Below, in pieces: positions 41,492-51,511 of a DNA stretch of 64,000 nt; within the stretch, counting starts at the first letter, position 1, and the number at the start of each line of letters is the position of its first letter. The notes under the pieces are model-generated. The model was given only the letters and a program-made list of their open reading frames with translations, did not search any database and was not told where the DNA came from. Both the position numbers and the translations under genes were made by a program. The DNA is taken from contig OY969564.1 of NCBI GenBank assembly GCA_963701095.1, positions 160,001-224,000 of the forward strand, written 5' to 3'. The stretch is from an uncultured Methanoregulaceae archaeon (GTDB lineage Archaea > Halobacteriota > Methanomicrobia > Methanomicrobiales > Methanospirillaceae).

Positions 41492-42420
41492 TCACCGCCG
41501 GCTGGATTTTGCAGCTGATTTTTTCTTTGAAGTTGTTTTCTTTGCAGCCGGAATCGTTGCGAGCACTTTTTTGAGTTCTTCTGTCTTTTTCTCGTCAAGA
41601 TTATCGAGAGGAAGCCTGACCGGACCCCGGCCATTCCCACCAGTTCAACGGCTTTTTTTACCGGAATGGGATTGGTGTCGATAAACATTGAGCGGAACAG
41701 GGGCGAAAGGGCATAGTGGAGATTAAGCGCTTTTTTCCAGTCTCCTTTTTCTGCCGCTTCGCATAATGCAACCATGCGGGACGGATCCACGTTTGCGGCA
41801 ACCGAGATTACACCTTTACCGCCAAGGGCCATGATCGGGAGGGTGAGATTATCATCTCCTGATATCACTGCAAAGTCTTCGTCCCGGGTCATTTCAATAA
41901 TCCGCGAGACCTGGCCGATATTGCCGCTTGCCTCTTTGATGCCGACGATACTGGGGTGTTGTGCAAGTTCAGCGATCAGGTCAGGTTCAAGGTTCTGGCC
42001 GGTGCGGCCCGGGACATTGTAGATGACCACCGGAATATCGAGATCTGCAAGTTTGGTGTAATGCTTTACCAGTCCTGCGCGGTTGGGCTTGTTGTAATAC
42101 GGGCTGATAACGAGCACGCCATCTGCGCCGGTGTCCTTTGCCGCCTTCGTGAGTATGACTGCTTCCGCCGTATTGTTTGAGCCCGTGCCGGCAAGTACAG
42201 GTACCTTGCCGTTGATCTTATCGATAGTAACACTGACTACTTTCTCGTGCTCGGCAAACGAAAGTGTTGCCGACTCTCCCGTAGAACCGCAGGGCACGAT
42301 CCCGTGAATACCACAGGACAGGAGATACGCAATGTTTCGCTCAAGACCCGAAACATCAAGGTCCATTGCGGAATTACGTTTAAAAGGAGTTATTATAGCG
42401 GGAAGGACACCTTCAAACAT
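41492..42420 (-). CDS. dapA: 4-hydroxy-tetrahydrodipicolinate synthase; apparent frameshift near 41626
   Basis: GSTGES, YNVPGRTG and GIKEASG motifs; corrected end GPVRLPL...KSSRR*. Confidence 0.93.
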
Positions 42421-42428
42421 ATGTAGCG

Positions 42429-42620
42429 TTATGGGTGTCTTTTTGTATTAATTTTTCTTGTTATATATCCCGCGACGCGGTTTCGGACGCGCTTGCTGTC
42501 GATCGAGGCTGAAGCTGAAAGCTGCTGCTTGTTAGCATCAAAGTTGTTTGAGAAGTACTCTCTCTGTGTGGTAAGGAGTGCGGTTCCGATGCTCTTGATA
42601 TACGATGGCTTTATTCCCAT
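42429..42620 (-). CDS. rps17e: 30S ribosomal protein S17e
   Basis: SKRVRNRVAGYITR motif. Confidence 0.95.
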   Translation of the reverse strand: MGIKPSYIKSIGTALLTTQREYFSNNFDANKQQLSASASIDSKRVRNRVAGYITRKINTKRHP

Positions 42621-42630
42621 GAATTATTCC

Positions 42631-43188
42631 TCAAAGTTCTATACGTATAATGCGGTTCGATAACATAATAGTATTGCCCGCTACAACGGTTGGGTTTTCA
42701 CCGAACAGGTGAACCTTTGCTAAACTTTCCGTGGTACCGGGATCCACGATCACCTCCGGCACACCTTTTTTGCAGCAGGCAGCAACACCCCAGTCCATCG
42801 AGCTGATACTGGAGGGTTGCAGTCGATGGTCAATCGTGCAGCACTCAAGAAACATATCTTCCAGGATACTTCCGGCCTCTTTGGTGTAATGGAGGGTCGC
42901 CGCACACCTTACATCCGGATTGAATTTCATTGCGGTGAGAAGCACTTTAGCCATTTCTGTATCGGCGCCAAACTCACAGGATCCTGCTGCCTGGACTGTG
43001 TTATTCTGTACGGTAAATCCACCAGCGACCGAGGCAACATCGGAAGTATCCCGGGCACCCCGGATGGCGTACCCGATGTTTGTACCGGCACCGGAAACCA
43101 GCACTGGTGCCAAGGATTCTGTAAGATGGGTAACAGCACGCGAAAGCTGCGCCAGCACGTCATTTCTCTGCTGCTCTGGACTGATCAT
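42631..43188 (-). CDS. Thiamine-phosphate synthase ThiN-like domain protein
   Basis: NIGYA..GA...DVA, EFGA and SMDWGV motifs. Confidence 0.7.
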   Translation of the reverse strand: MISPEQQRNDVLAQLSRAVTHLTESLAPVLVSGAGTNIGYAIRGARDTSDVASVAGGFTVQNNTVQAAGSCEFGADTEMAKVLLTAMKFNPDVRCAATLHYTKEAGSILEDMFLECCTIDHRLQPSSISSMDWGVAACCKKGVPEVIVDPGTTESLAKVHLFGENPTVVAGNTIMLSNRIIRIEL

Positions 43189-43244
43189 GGTAGTATCTTC
43201 AATTGGATCCGGTTGGTTCTTATTCCCTTTCTTTGTCCCGGACG

Positions 43245-43796
43245 TCAGGTCAGCCCAAGATCTTCCCGAATCGCCATCAGGCCATTAATTGCAACGGCGT
43301 AAAACTCCGGTAATGGAAGGATGGATTCGATGAGCACGATGCGGCTCCGGTCACAACCTGCGGCAAATGACTTTTCTTTTGCTTTTTTTGTTACCGTTTT
43401 TACTGTTACGTCCGAGAGTTTACCGCCCTTTACAAGAGCACAGGCTATCACGAGGCCCGAGGTACTATCCGCTGCCTGAAGTGCAATCTCTACTGGCTTT
43501 TCATAGGTTCCCGAAAAAAGCATGTGGTTGTGTCGCTGGACAATCGACACTATTGCCGGATCGATACCTGCACCAATGAGGATATCAGCGCCTTTCTTCC
43601 CATGTAGTTGCATGTCGCCGTGAATAAGTTCGAAATCAATGTCATGCAGGACACCTATGGTTTCCCAGAGCCCGGCATCTTCCCCAAGCTTTTCAGCAAG
43701 TGCTTTCATCACCGCACCTGTTGCCAGACAATGGTTTATAAGCCCGGGTTCGTGCACATATTGGTTGAGTAACCCAATCATGGCAGAGCGTTCCAT
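43245..43796 (-). CDS. HDIG-domain metallophosphohydrolase
   Basis: NHC, LHDIDFE, HN and AAD motifs. Confidence 0.85.
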   Translation of the reverse strand: MERSAMIGLLNQYVHEPGLINHCLATGAVMKALAEKLGEDAGLWETIGVLHDIDFELIHGDMQLHGKKGADILIGAGIDPAIVSIVQRHNHMLFSGTYEKPVEIALQAADSTSGLVIACALVKGGKLSDVTVKTVTKKAKEKSFAAGCDRSRIVLIESILPLPEFYAVAINGLMAIREDLGLT

Positions 43797-43877
43797 GGCC
43801 AGAGATGTACTCTCACGGAACATCAGGATAACGGCCTGTGGATATGCATATTACGGATTAACGCCAAAATGGTTGAG

Positions 43878-44054
43878 ATGGACGAACGACTGCTTGATGT
43901 TGTTATCGGCGTGATGGGCTTTGCTCTTCTGGTTATTCTTCTCGCAGTGCTCCCGCTTGCGATCAGCTCCGGGCCTGCTTACCTGATTGCCATTATCATT
44001 TTCATCCTGTTCCTCTCCGGGGCAGGCTATATGGTTAATGAAAAAATTGCATAA
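43878..44054 (+). CDS. Small two-TM membrane protein
   Basis: Two hydrophobic segments. Confidence 0.6.
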   Translation: MDERLLDVVIGVMGFALLVILLAVLPLAISSGPAYLIAIIIFILFLSGAGYMVNEKIA

Positions 44055-44070
44055 ACGATTGTAAATTTTT

Positions 44071-45162
44071 TTATTGCGTATTTGGATTGTTTGCAGGATC
44101 CGGTTTCTTCTCCACTGGTGCCGGTTTTCTCAGGGGCTTGGTTTTTTTCATTTTGTAGTAACTGAGAGGATGACTCACTTTCTCGCAGAGCGCGTCGCGG
44201 TGGACACACAGTCCGGTCGTCTGCATCGCAGCGCATGCGGGTGTTGTATATTCAGTCCCTGTTCCGCCGCGCCCGGTGATATGCTCGACTTGGTACAAGG
44301 TCTTCTCGATATCAAAGTCGGGCGAACGCGAATAGAGCTCTGCAATCCCGGTCGTATCCATGCCAATGTTATGAAGAAAAGCCGTTAACGAAAAGCGGCC
44401 GGCATGGGTGAGGTTAGTACCTGCCCCAAGTGCGTTAACAAGAGCCTGCATGCAGGGGGGAAACGCAGTTTCTTCAACTTTTCCGAACTGCCGGACCATC
44501 TGTTCTTGGTATACTTTCTTGATTTCCGCAACCTTTGGCGCAAGCTGTTCGCAGATATTTTTTGGCACCCGGTGAGGGAGGTCGCGGCGCTGGAGCACCC
44601 GGATCCGTTCACGTAAAAGATCGTAGCGTTCGTTTTTGTTGATTTTGACAAATCCTCGTTCCACATGCCGGTTGATAAGCCGGTAATGATCGTCATGTAT
44701 GGGTGCTATCAATTCGACGTAATCAGGGACCGGTATCCGGTCCTGGGAGATTCTGATACCCAGTTCATCGGCTATTGCGGTCCATAACCGGGAATATTCG
44801 CCTTCGTCCTGCGTGTACCTCGTGTTCCATTCTTCTTCGTTAACGAGGAAATAATAGCCCCGTTCGGCTTCATACCGCGTAAGCCGGTCAATAAGCTGTT
44901 TATCGTTAATACAGGATACGATGATTCGCGCAAGGGCATAAGCAGCAATTTCGTCTTCCGGCGAATCGATTACTTCGGGTACATGGTTTTTTTTCTTTGA
45001 GAGGGATTCCTGGATGCGATGGACTGCGGAAGAAATCAGTACCTGGCCTTTCTCTGTACCGAGAATTGTGCCTAGAGAAGAAAATCTGGATCTGATAAGG
45101 CCATGGGCATTTTTTAAAAACGGAAAATGGGAAAGTTCCTTGCCGGAAGGCACAAATTCCAT
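44071..45162 (-). CDS. priL: DNA primase large subunit
   Basis: FPPCM, H..RF, YQVEHI, Y..P.C and HPLSYY motifs. Confidence 0.93.
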   Translation of the reverse strand: MEFVPSGKELSHFPFLKNAHGLIRSRFSSLGTILGTEKGQVLISSAVHRIQESLSKKKNHVPEVIDSPEDEIAAYALARIIVSCINDKQLIDRLTRYEAERGYYFLVNEEEWNTRYTQDEGEYSRLWTAIADELGIRISQDRIPVPDYVELIAPIHDDHYRLINRHVERGFVKINKNERYDLLRERIRVLQRRDLPHRVPKNICEQLAPKVAEIKKVYQEQMVRQFGKVEETAFPPCMQALVNALGAGTNLTHAGRFSLTAFLHNIGMDTTGIAELYSRSPDFDIEKTLYQVEHITGRGGTGTEYTTPACAAMQTTGLCVHRDALCEKVSHPLSYYKMKKTKPLRKPAPVEKKPDPANNPNTQ

Positions 45163-45907
45163 TCAGTCAGCCTCAATCCGGGGTGCGAGCAGGTACTCCA
45201 CATGACCGTTGCCGCCCGCAATGTCAAAAGAGAACCTGACTGGATGATCAACGCCAAGACAAACTTCAACTTCCGAAGCCTTTGCCATGACTTTTCCCAT
45301 GTCTCGTAGGTAATCAAGGGAGAAAAGTGAGCGGGCCTCGACCGGGGAAAGGGATTTGAGCTCGTCTTTTCCGAATTCACGCTGGATATGATCGGTATCT
45401 CCTTCGGCAACCATGTAAAAAGTCTGTTCTTTGGGGTGAATGCCCATCGCGATTTTATCCGATATTACCGCGGCAGACTTTTATCGCATTGTTGAGGTCT
45501 TCACCGGAAATAACAACTTTTCCCGGGAGGTTGATTGTTGGCGAATTGGGGTCTTTTCGTATCGTGTTTGTGTCCAGGAGAGTGATTGAGTAATGGTACC
45601 CGTGGACACTGACTGCCATCTTCTGCGCATTGTCAGCGAGTTCGAGACTGATGAGATCGCCTTTCCCTCCCATATTGAAGATGTTCTTCATTTTCTGGAT
45701 ATCGACGCCAAGCTCGCTCTTGGTCGCCTTGAAGGTATCAAACGCCTCTTTTTTAAGCGTGAAGGCAATCATCGCGACGTTGGCGGTGTCAACGGCACGG
45801 GTGGAAATGCCATCTTCTGCAGTATGCAGCCGGCATTCAGGAACGAGTGCCGAAATCGCTTCAATGGCTTCCCGGAATATCTCTGCGTCAATGGTTGCTT
45901 TTAACAT
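45163..45907 (-). CDS. pcn: DNA polymerase sliding clamp (PCNA); apparent frameshift near 45477
   Basis: AVDTANVAM, SLFSLDYL and YLLAPRIE motifs. Confidence 0.93.
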
Positions 45908-45999
45908 CTCTTTCCCCTTAACAACTGTCTTATACAGTATATCGTCATACTTTAATTATAGCGTTTTGGGTGAGAATACCGTTTTTCAGGTGATTTGGC

Positions 46000-46581
46000 A
46001 TGGGTTCGCAATGGTCACGGGATAAAGTCTATCTTCGGGCAAAAAGTGAAGGATTCCGATCCAGGGCATCCTTTAAATTAATCGAAATCCAGGAGAAATT
46101 TGCCGTTATCCGCCGGGACGATAATATTATTGACCTTGGTGCAGCGCCGGGGAGCTGGTTACAGGTCCTCCGCTCCCTTACCGACGCAAAGGTTCTCGGG
46201 ATCGATCTAAACCCGATTGCCACGCTTGATGGGATCGAAACTCTCGAAGGGGATCTCACCGACCCAATTATCCAGAAAAAGGCACAGGATATGCTTGGGA
46301 CGGTCAGTGTTATTGTCTGCGACGCAGCCCCAAAACTTTCCGGTCATAAGAGCTACGACCAGGCACGTGCCACGGCTCTGGGCGAAGAGGCTCTCGCCTT
46401 TGCCTGCAACGTTTTAAAAATTGGGGGGAATTTTGTGATCAAATCGTTCCAGGGTGCGGATTTTCCCGAACTCCTGGCAAGCGTTAGGAAACATTTCCAC
46501 GCCGTGAAAACGTATTCTGCAAAAGCAACCCGGAAGGGAAGCACGGAAATTTATATTATCGCAAAGAATTTCAAAGGCTGA
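46000..46581 (+). CDS. rlmE: 23S rRNA 2'-O-methyltransferase RlmE/FtsJ
   Basis: RSRASFKL and DLGAAPGSW motifs. Confidence 0.93.
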   Translation: MGSQWSRDKVYLRAKSEGFRSRASFKLIEIQEKFAVIRRDDNIIDLGAAPGSWLQVLRSLTDAKVLGIDLNPIATLDGIETLEGDLTDPIIQKKAQDMLGTVSVIVCDAAPKLSGHKSYDQARATALGEEALAFACNVLKIGGNFVIKSFQGADFPELLASVRKHFHAVKTYSAKATRKGSTEIYIIAKNFKG

Positions 46582-46594
46582 AAACAAGATACCC

Positions 46595-47479
46595 ATGACC
46601 GAAACCCTCAGGGATTCCTACGGACGACCGGTGACAAACCTCCGTATAAGTCTTACGTCACGCTGTAACCTTTCCTGTATTTACTGTCATGCCGAAGGAG
46701 AGAAGAACCCGGATGCAGAGATGAACGCCCGGGAAATCATCAATGTGATGAATGTGGCGGCACAATTCGGCATACGGAGTATCAAATTTACCGGAGGTGA
46801 ACCACTCCTCCGTCCCGACCTTCTCGAAATCATACGGGCCGTTCCGGCGGATGTCGAATCATCCCTGACGACCAATGGCATCCTGCTCGCAGATATGGCC
46901 GGGGATCTAAAAAACGCCGGGCTTCGCCGGGTCAACGTCAGCCTTGACAGCCTGAATCACGATACCTACAAAAAGATCACGGGGAGCGACCGGCTGAATG
47001 AAGTGCTTGCCGGGATTGATGCAGCACTCCGGGCCGGTCTTACTCCGGTCAAAATCAATATGGTCGTCCTGTATGGGATCAATGACAGCGAAGTGGACGA
47101 TTTTATCAGGTATGTCCGGGGGAACCGGAATCTTGTCCTCCAGCTTATTGAGCTGATGCATTTTAACGACTGTGACTATCACGGCGATTTAGCCGGCGTC
47201 GAAGCAGTACTTGCCTCACGCGCAAGCCAGGTGCTTACCCGAAGGATGCATCACCGGAAAAAATATTGCATTGATGGTGCCGAAGTTGAGGTTGTGAGAC
47301 CGTTGCATAATACCGAGTTCTGCGCATATTGTAACCGGCTCCGCGTTACTTCCGACGGGAAACTTAAACCCTGCCTCCTGCGGGCCGATAATCATGTTTT
47401 GATCCGGGGTAAAAAAGGGGTAGAACTTGAAGCGCTTTTCCGGAGGGCAGTAGAAAAGCGGGAGCCCTTTTTCAGGTAA
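46595..47479 (+). CDS. moaA: GTP 3',8-cyclase
   Basis: CNLSCIYC and FCAYCNRLRVTSDGKLKPCL motifs. Confidence 0.95.
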   Translation: MTETLRDSYGRPVTNLRISLTSRCNLSCIYCHAEGEKNPDAEMNAREIINVMNVAAQFGIRSIKFTGGEPLLRPDLLEIIRAVPADVESSLTTNGILLADMAGDLKNAGLRRVNVSLDSLNHDTYKKITGSDRLNEVLAGIDAALRAGLTPVKINMVVLYGINDSEVDDFIRYVRGNRNLVLQLIELMHFNDCDYHGDLAGVEAVLASRASQVLTRRMHHRKKYCIDGAEVEVVRPLHNTEFCAYCNRLRVTSDGKLKPCLLRADNHVLIRGKKGVELEALFRRAVEKREPFFR

Positions 47480-47558
47480 ATGCCGGATCATGCCGGCTTT
47501 TTTATGATGTATGATAGTTACGGGGGTTTATTTACGATTCCTGCATATCTAGGATCGT

Positions 47559-48071
47559 ATGACTTCAGACCCGGAATACCTTCATGTTCTAACTCATCTT
47601 TACGAGAAGTCTCTCATTCTTCATGACACTTCGCTCTTCGACAAGACGTTATATTTCTATTTTGTCGATGCTATCGCACATATTGACTATACCTGCAGCA
47701 TCTACACGTTCAACTACCAGTCGCCGAAAAATATCATGGGCGCTGAGTATATGCGCTGGCGAGTCGACGAAGAAAAGAAAGGCGATAGGGTGCATTTCCC
47801 GGCATTTATGGTCTGGCTCAAGGAAAACAAACCTGAGAAATTTGCACGCCTTCCATCACTGTGGCAGATAATTTATGATCCCGAGGATCCAGCTAGTTAC
47901 CGAAGCTTCCGGATCGTCCCGGATCCTGATAGTAAACAGGGCATGCCACCCGGTTTTTTCATCGCCATTATCGACGAATTTTTTGACCAGGACTTCCTGA
48001 AGAGCCTGTATGAGGAAGCATCGCTTTCCCGGCTCTTTGGTGAATTTCTTGCTATAAGAAAAACTTCGTGA
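47559..48071 (+). CDS. Hypothetical protein
   Basis: 170-aa ORF with coding-like composition. Confidence 0.65.
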   Translation: MTSDPEYLHVLTHLYEKSLILHDTSLFDKTLYFYFVDAIAHIDYTCSIYTFNYQSPKNIMGAEYMRWRVDEEKKGDRVHFPAFMVWLKENKPEKFARLPSLWQIIYDPEDPASYRSFRIVPDPDSKQGMPPGFFIAIIDEFFDQDFLKSLYEEASLSRLFGEFLAIRKTS

Positions 48072-48074
48072 TGT

Positions 48075-49277
48075 GTGAATGTCGGCATGCACCCCCAGCA
48101 GATCTGTTCAGATCTTGTGAAAATCCGGAGTGAGAACCCCCCAGGGAATACCTCCGGGGTTATCGAATATATCCGGTATTTCCTTGACGCTCTTGGAGTC
48201 CCCTCACAGGTTATCTGTTCATCCGAAGGAGGGTGTAATCTAGTAACAACGGGGACACACCGGCCTCTCCTCTTCTGCGGCCATGCCGATGTTGTCCCGG
48301 CCCTTGATGAGGGATGGACATACCCCCCGTTTTCCGGAATGATGAGGGGGGGGTACGTCTGGGGGCGGGGTGCTAGTGACATGAAAGGTGGCTGTGCGGC
48401 TATCCTGTCAGCATGCGAAAAGTGCGTAGACTCGTGTGGAAGCTTACCGGCATCCCTTGTTTTTGTGTGCGATGAAGAGACCGGAGGGGAAAGGGGAATC
48501 CAGTACCTGCTCGAAAAAAATGTTCTTTCCCCCTGCGACTGCCTGATTGCCGAACCGACGCCTGTCCTGCACCCGTGCATAGGCCAGAAAGGGCTCTGCC
48601 GGCTGGAACTGAAATTTACCGGGACCCCCGGACACGGGTCACTGTATCCAGTAGTTGGGGTAAGTGCCGTAATGGAAGCAATGCGGGTGCTCGATTATCT
48701 GAAAAACATTCACAAGCGGTCATTTCACATGGACCGGAAAATGAAGGATATACTCAAAACGTCAGCTGAGGTAATCTCTGAAGAATTCCGGATCGAAAAA
48801 GGGAGCGAGATACTCGAGCATGTGACCTTCAATCCCGGTGTTATTAACGGAGGAGAGAAGGTAAATATTGTTGCCCAGTGCTGCAGTCTTGACCTAGAGA
48901 TGCGTATTCCCTGGGGATGCAATATTCAGGACCTGGTCAATGAAATTATGGTGCAGGCTTCTCACGCGGTGTTAATGAAAGAAACACTTCACGAACCGTC
49001 CCTCACGGATCCTTTGTGTGATTTTGCATCTTTGGTTTGCCGGGAAGTGGGAAATGTACAGGAGGGACTGGCATCTCCCATTGTCCAGTGGGCGGCAAGT
49101 GATGCCCGTCACCTGCGATCTGCCGGTTTCCGGGTCATAGAATACGGCCCGGGTGAACTCTCCACACTGCATGGAACCAATGAAAGAGTTGCTGTTGAGT
49201 CACTGGTGAAAGCCGCAGTGATCTACGAAAGGATCATGCTGGCGTACGAAAGCAAAGTCCATCCCAATCGTGCTTAA
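48075..49277 (+). CDS. M20 family metallopeptidase (ArgE/DapE-like)
   Basis: GHADVV, GRGASDMKGG, DEE and HGTNE motifs. Confidence 0.9.
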   Translation: MNVGMHPQQICSDLVKIRSENPPGNTSGVIEYIRYFLDALGVPSQVICSSEGGCNLVTTGTHRPLLFCGHADVVPALDEGWTYPPFSGMMRGGYVWGRGASDMKGGCAAILSACEKCVDSCGSLPASLVFVCDEETGGERGIQYLLEKNVLSPCDCLIAEPTPVLHPCIGQKGLCRLELKFTGTPGHGSLYPVVGVSAVMEAMRVLDYLKNIHKRSFHMDRKMKDILKTSAEVISEEFRIEKGSEILEHVTFNPGVINGGEKVNIVAQCCSLDLEMRIPWGCNIQDLVNEIMVQASHAVLMKETLHEPSLTDPLCDFASLVCREVGNVQEGLASPIVQWAASDARHLRSAGFRVIEYGPGELSTLHGTNERVAVESLVKAAVIYERIMLAYESKVHPNRA

Positions 49278-49315
49278 TTAATGAAATGAGAGATTCGTTT
49301 TCCTTTACACATTTT

Positions 49316-50320
49316 TTACCGGATCTTCCCTCTTCCAGGACGGTTTAGGATTATTGCGGCAGCTGCAAGCCCCGCGAAGACAGGAAAGAGGGACAAAGGA
49401 GAATACGTGGTCTTGATGGTAGCTGTTGCGGCGGCCGTTGTTTGTGGAACCGTAGTGGTCTGAACGATAGTTTGCTGTGTTTCTGTAACTGATGGCGTTG
49501 CAACAGTAGTCGGTGTCATTGTTGTCGGTGCTATGCCTCCAAGATACCAGGGGGCCAATGTTGGTTGCGGCGTGTTTGATGCAATTATAAGTTGTCCTTT
49601 CCCCATTGCGGCCTGTTTATTTGCCTGTGCTGCTGCATATGTGGGGTCAATGTTCAAGGCGGTGTTGAAGCAGTCTATTGCATCCTGGTACTGGCCGAGG
49701 GCGGCAAGTGCTTCTCCTTTATCATTCCAGATCTGTGCATCGGATGTCGTGAGTACGGTTGCTGAATTAAATGCATTGAGTGCATTTGCATATTGGCCGT
49801 TCGCCATGTAGAGTAGACCTATCTGGTTGTAGGCCAGAGGGTCGGACTGGTTGAGATTTGTGCATCGGGCATAGGAAGCGAGTGCCTGGTTTGTTTCATT
49901 CTCTTGGGCATACGAATAGGCAAGGTTGCAGTAAGCAGTGTACTGATTGTAAACAACGAGGGTATAATTCTGGTATGCACCGATAGCTTCGTTGTATTGG
50001 CCGAGGTAGAAGAGGGCATCAGCTTGTGCTCCAAGCGCAGTCGGGCTTGACCGTATAGCAAGCGCCTGGTTGGCAAATGAAAGGGCCTGCGAGTACTGGC
50101 CAAGTGCGTTAAGAGCAACTGCCTCCCCGGCCATCGCCGCATCATAGGTGGGGTTGAGTGCGATCGCGTTGTTATAATACGTAACAGCATTCGTATAATC
50201 ATGATTTGAGGCAGCATTCTGGGCTTTTGTGTACCAGTAAAGAGCATCCTCGGCGGTTACAGCGGGTACCAAAAAAATTACAATAAGAATCAGTATACCG
50301 ATCTTTGCAGTCATCTGCAT
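49316..50320 (-). CDS. Secreted TPR-repeat protein with Thr-rich linker and C-terminal TM
   Basis: Signal peptide; TPR repeats; ends TTYSPLSLFPVFAGLAAAAIILNRPGRGKIR. Confidence 0.85.
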   Translation of the reverse strand: MQMTAKIGILILIVIFLVPAVTAEDALYWYTKAQNAASNHDYTNAVTYYNNAIALNPTYDAAMAGEAVALNALGQYSQALSFANQALAIRSSPTALGAQADALFYLGQYNEAIGAYQNYTLVVYNQYTAYCNLAYSYAQENETNQALASYARCTNLNQSDPLAYNQIGLLYMANGQYANALNAFNSATVLTTSDAQIWNDKGEALAALGQYQDAIDCFNTALNIDPTYAAAQANKQAAMGKGQLIIASNTPQPTLAPWYLGGIAPTTMTPTTVATPSVTETQQTIVQTTTVPQTTAAATATIKTTYSPLSLFPVFAGLAAAAIILNRPGRGKIR

Positions 50321-50391
50321 ATCCGAAAATGCTCCTTTAAAACAGATGAATCTATTGTTATTTTGAACTCACAGGCATTTGGCATAGATTT

Positions 50392-51498
50392 TTACGGCCC
50401 TTGTGGCGGACCGTTTTTGAATTTGTTACTGAATAAGATGGCGACAGTCCCACCAAGGATCGCCGTAATAAGAAACGCCGGGAAAAAACCGACTTCATTT
50501 GCAATTATCCCTGAGACGAAAGGAAGAATAGTCATACCGAGATAACTGGATGTCGAGAAAAGACCCATGATACAACCTTGGCGATCCTGCTCGCATGAAA
50601 GTACCGACATCTGAGCAACCATAACGATCCCGGCGAGAGCGCCAAGAATAATAAACCCCAGTGGTGAGACATAGGCAAGCAGGACACCGCCTATCATGAA
50701 TACTGCCGACCATTGGATTGCAGGTATGGGGGGAAAAGAAAACCGGCTGGCGATGAGAACCGAGATAATCGTCGCTACACTCATGCAAGCAATCCACAGA
50801 CCGAGTATATCGGCCGGTACACCGGAAAATGAAGGGTACAGCGAAGTTACGACGCCGGTGATACCTACAAGAATAATTGCAGAATACCATAATCTGTTCT
50901 TTGAAACGATAAGATCGATGATATTCCGGAACTCAAATCCTTTACAACAGATGGTTTCAGGAGCGTCTTCCGGAGAAGTGTCCCGGATACAAAGAGCAAT
51001 AATCAAAGCCGCAAGGGAAAGGATGGTAAACACACCGATTCCAAGTGAAGGTCGCACAAACAGGACGGCAAGCCAGCCTGATGCAATGAGACCGATAACA
51101 AGTCCCAAGTTGAGCATTGCGAGGTAATACCCGCTCATGCGGGTATGATCGGGCCGTGAATTGATGTACGACATCCCGGCAGCAATAAAAAAGCCGGCGC
51201 CAATACCTTCGACAAAACGGAGTACAATTACAGGGGTAGGCATTGTAGTAAAGAAAAGCAGACCCCCACTGATTACAGTAAGCGTGAGACCAGCAATGAT
51301 AATCCTCATCTTACCGTACCGGTCGGAAAGGATCCCGCCAGGCAGTGTCGATAAAAATGCTCCTAAAAAATATGCAGCATAAATGGCTCCTTCCCATGCA
51401 GGGCCGGAGGCAAAAGCCGGTAGAACTGGCACTATCGCATTGGAGAGTGCCATCACCGCAAAGACACCCAGGCAGACAACATAAAAGTGTGCCTTCAT
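50392..51498 (-). CDS. MFS transporter
   Basis: GILSDRYGK motif A; ~12 TM segments. Confidence 0.85.
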   Translation of the reverse strand: MKAHFYVVCLGVFAVMALSNAIVPVLPAFASGPAWEGAIYAAYFLGAFLSTLPGGILSDRYGKMRIIIAGLTLTVISGGLLFFTTMPTPVIVLRFVEGIGAGFFIAAGMSYINSRPDHTRMSGYYLAMLNLGLVIGLIASGWLAVLFVRPSLGIGVFTILSLAALIIALCIRDTSPEDAPETICCKGFEFRNIIDLIVSKNRLWYSAIILVGITGVVTSLYPSFSGVPADILGLWIACMSVATIISVLIASRFSFPPIPAIQWSAVFMIGGVLLAYVSPLGFIILGALAGIVMVAQMSVLSCEQDRQGCIMGLFSTSSYLGMTILPFVSGIIANEVGFFPAFLITAILGGTVAILFSNKFKNGPPQGP

Positions 51499-51511
51499 TG
51501 AATGGCCCGGG

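Noticed and set aside
40714..42420. Apparent 568-aa DapA-DapB fusion
   Set aside because: One missing G near 41626 shifts dapA into the dapB frame. The corrected frame restores GPVRLPL and stops at 41492, and dapB has its own ATG.
34495..45907. ftsZ, pcn and other split genes as pseudogenes or programmed frameshifts
   Set aside because: These are core genes with single indels at recurrent 4-bp motifs and no slippery sites; sequencing error is more likely.
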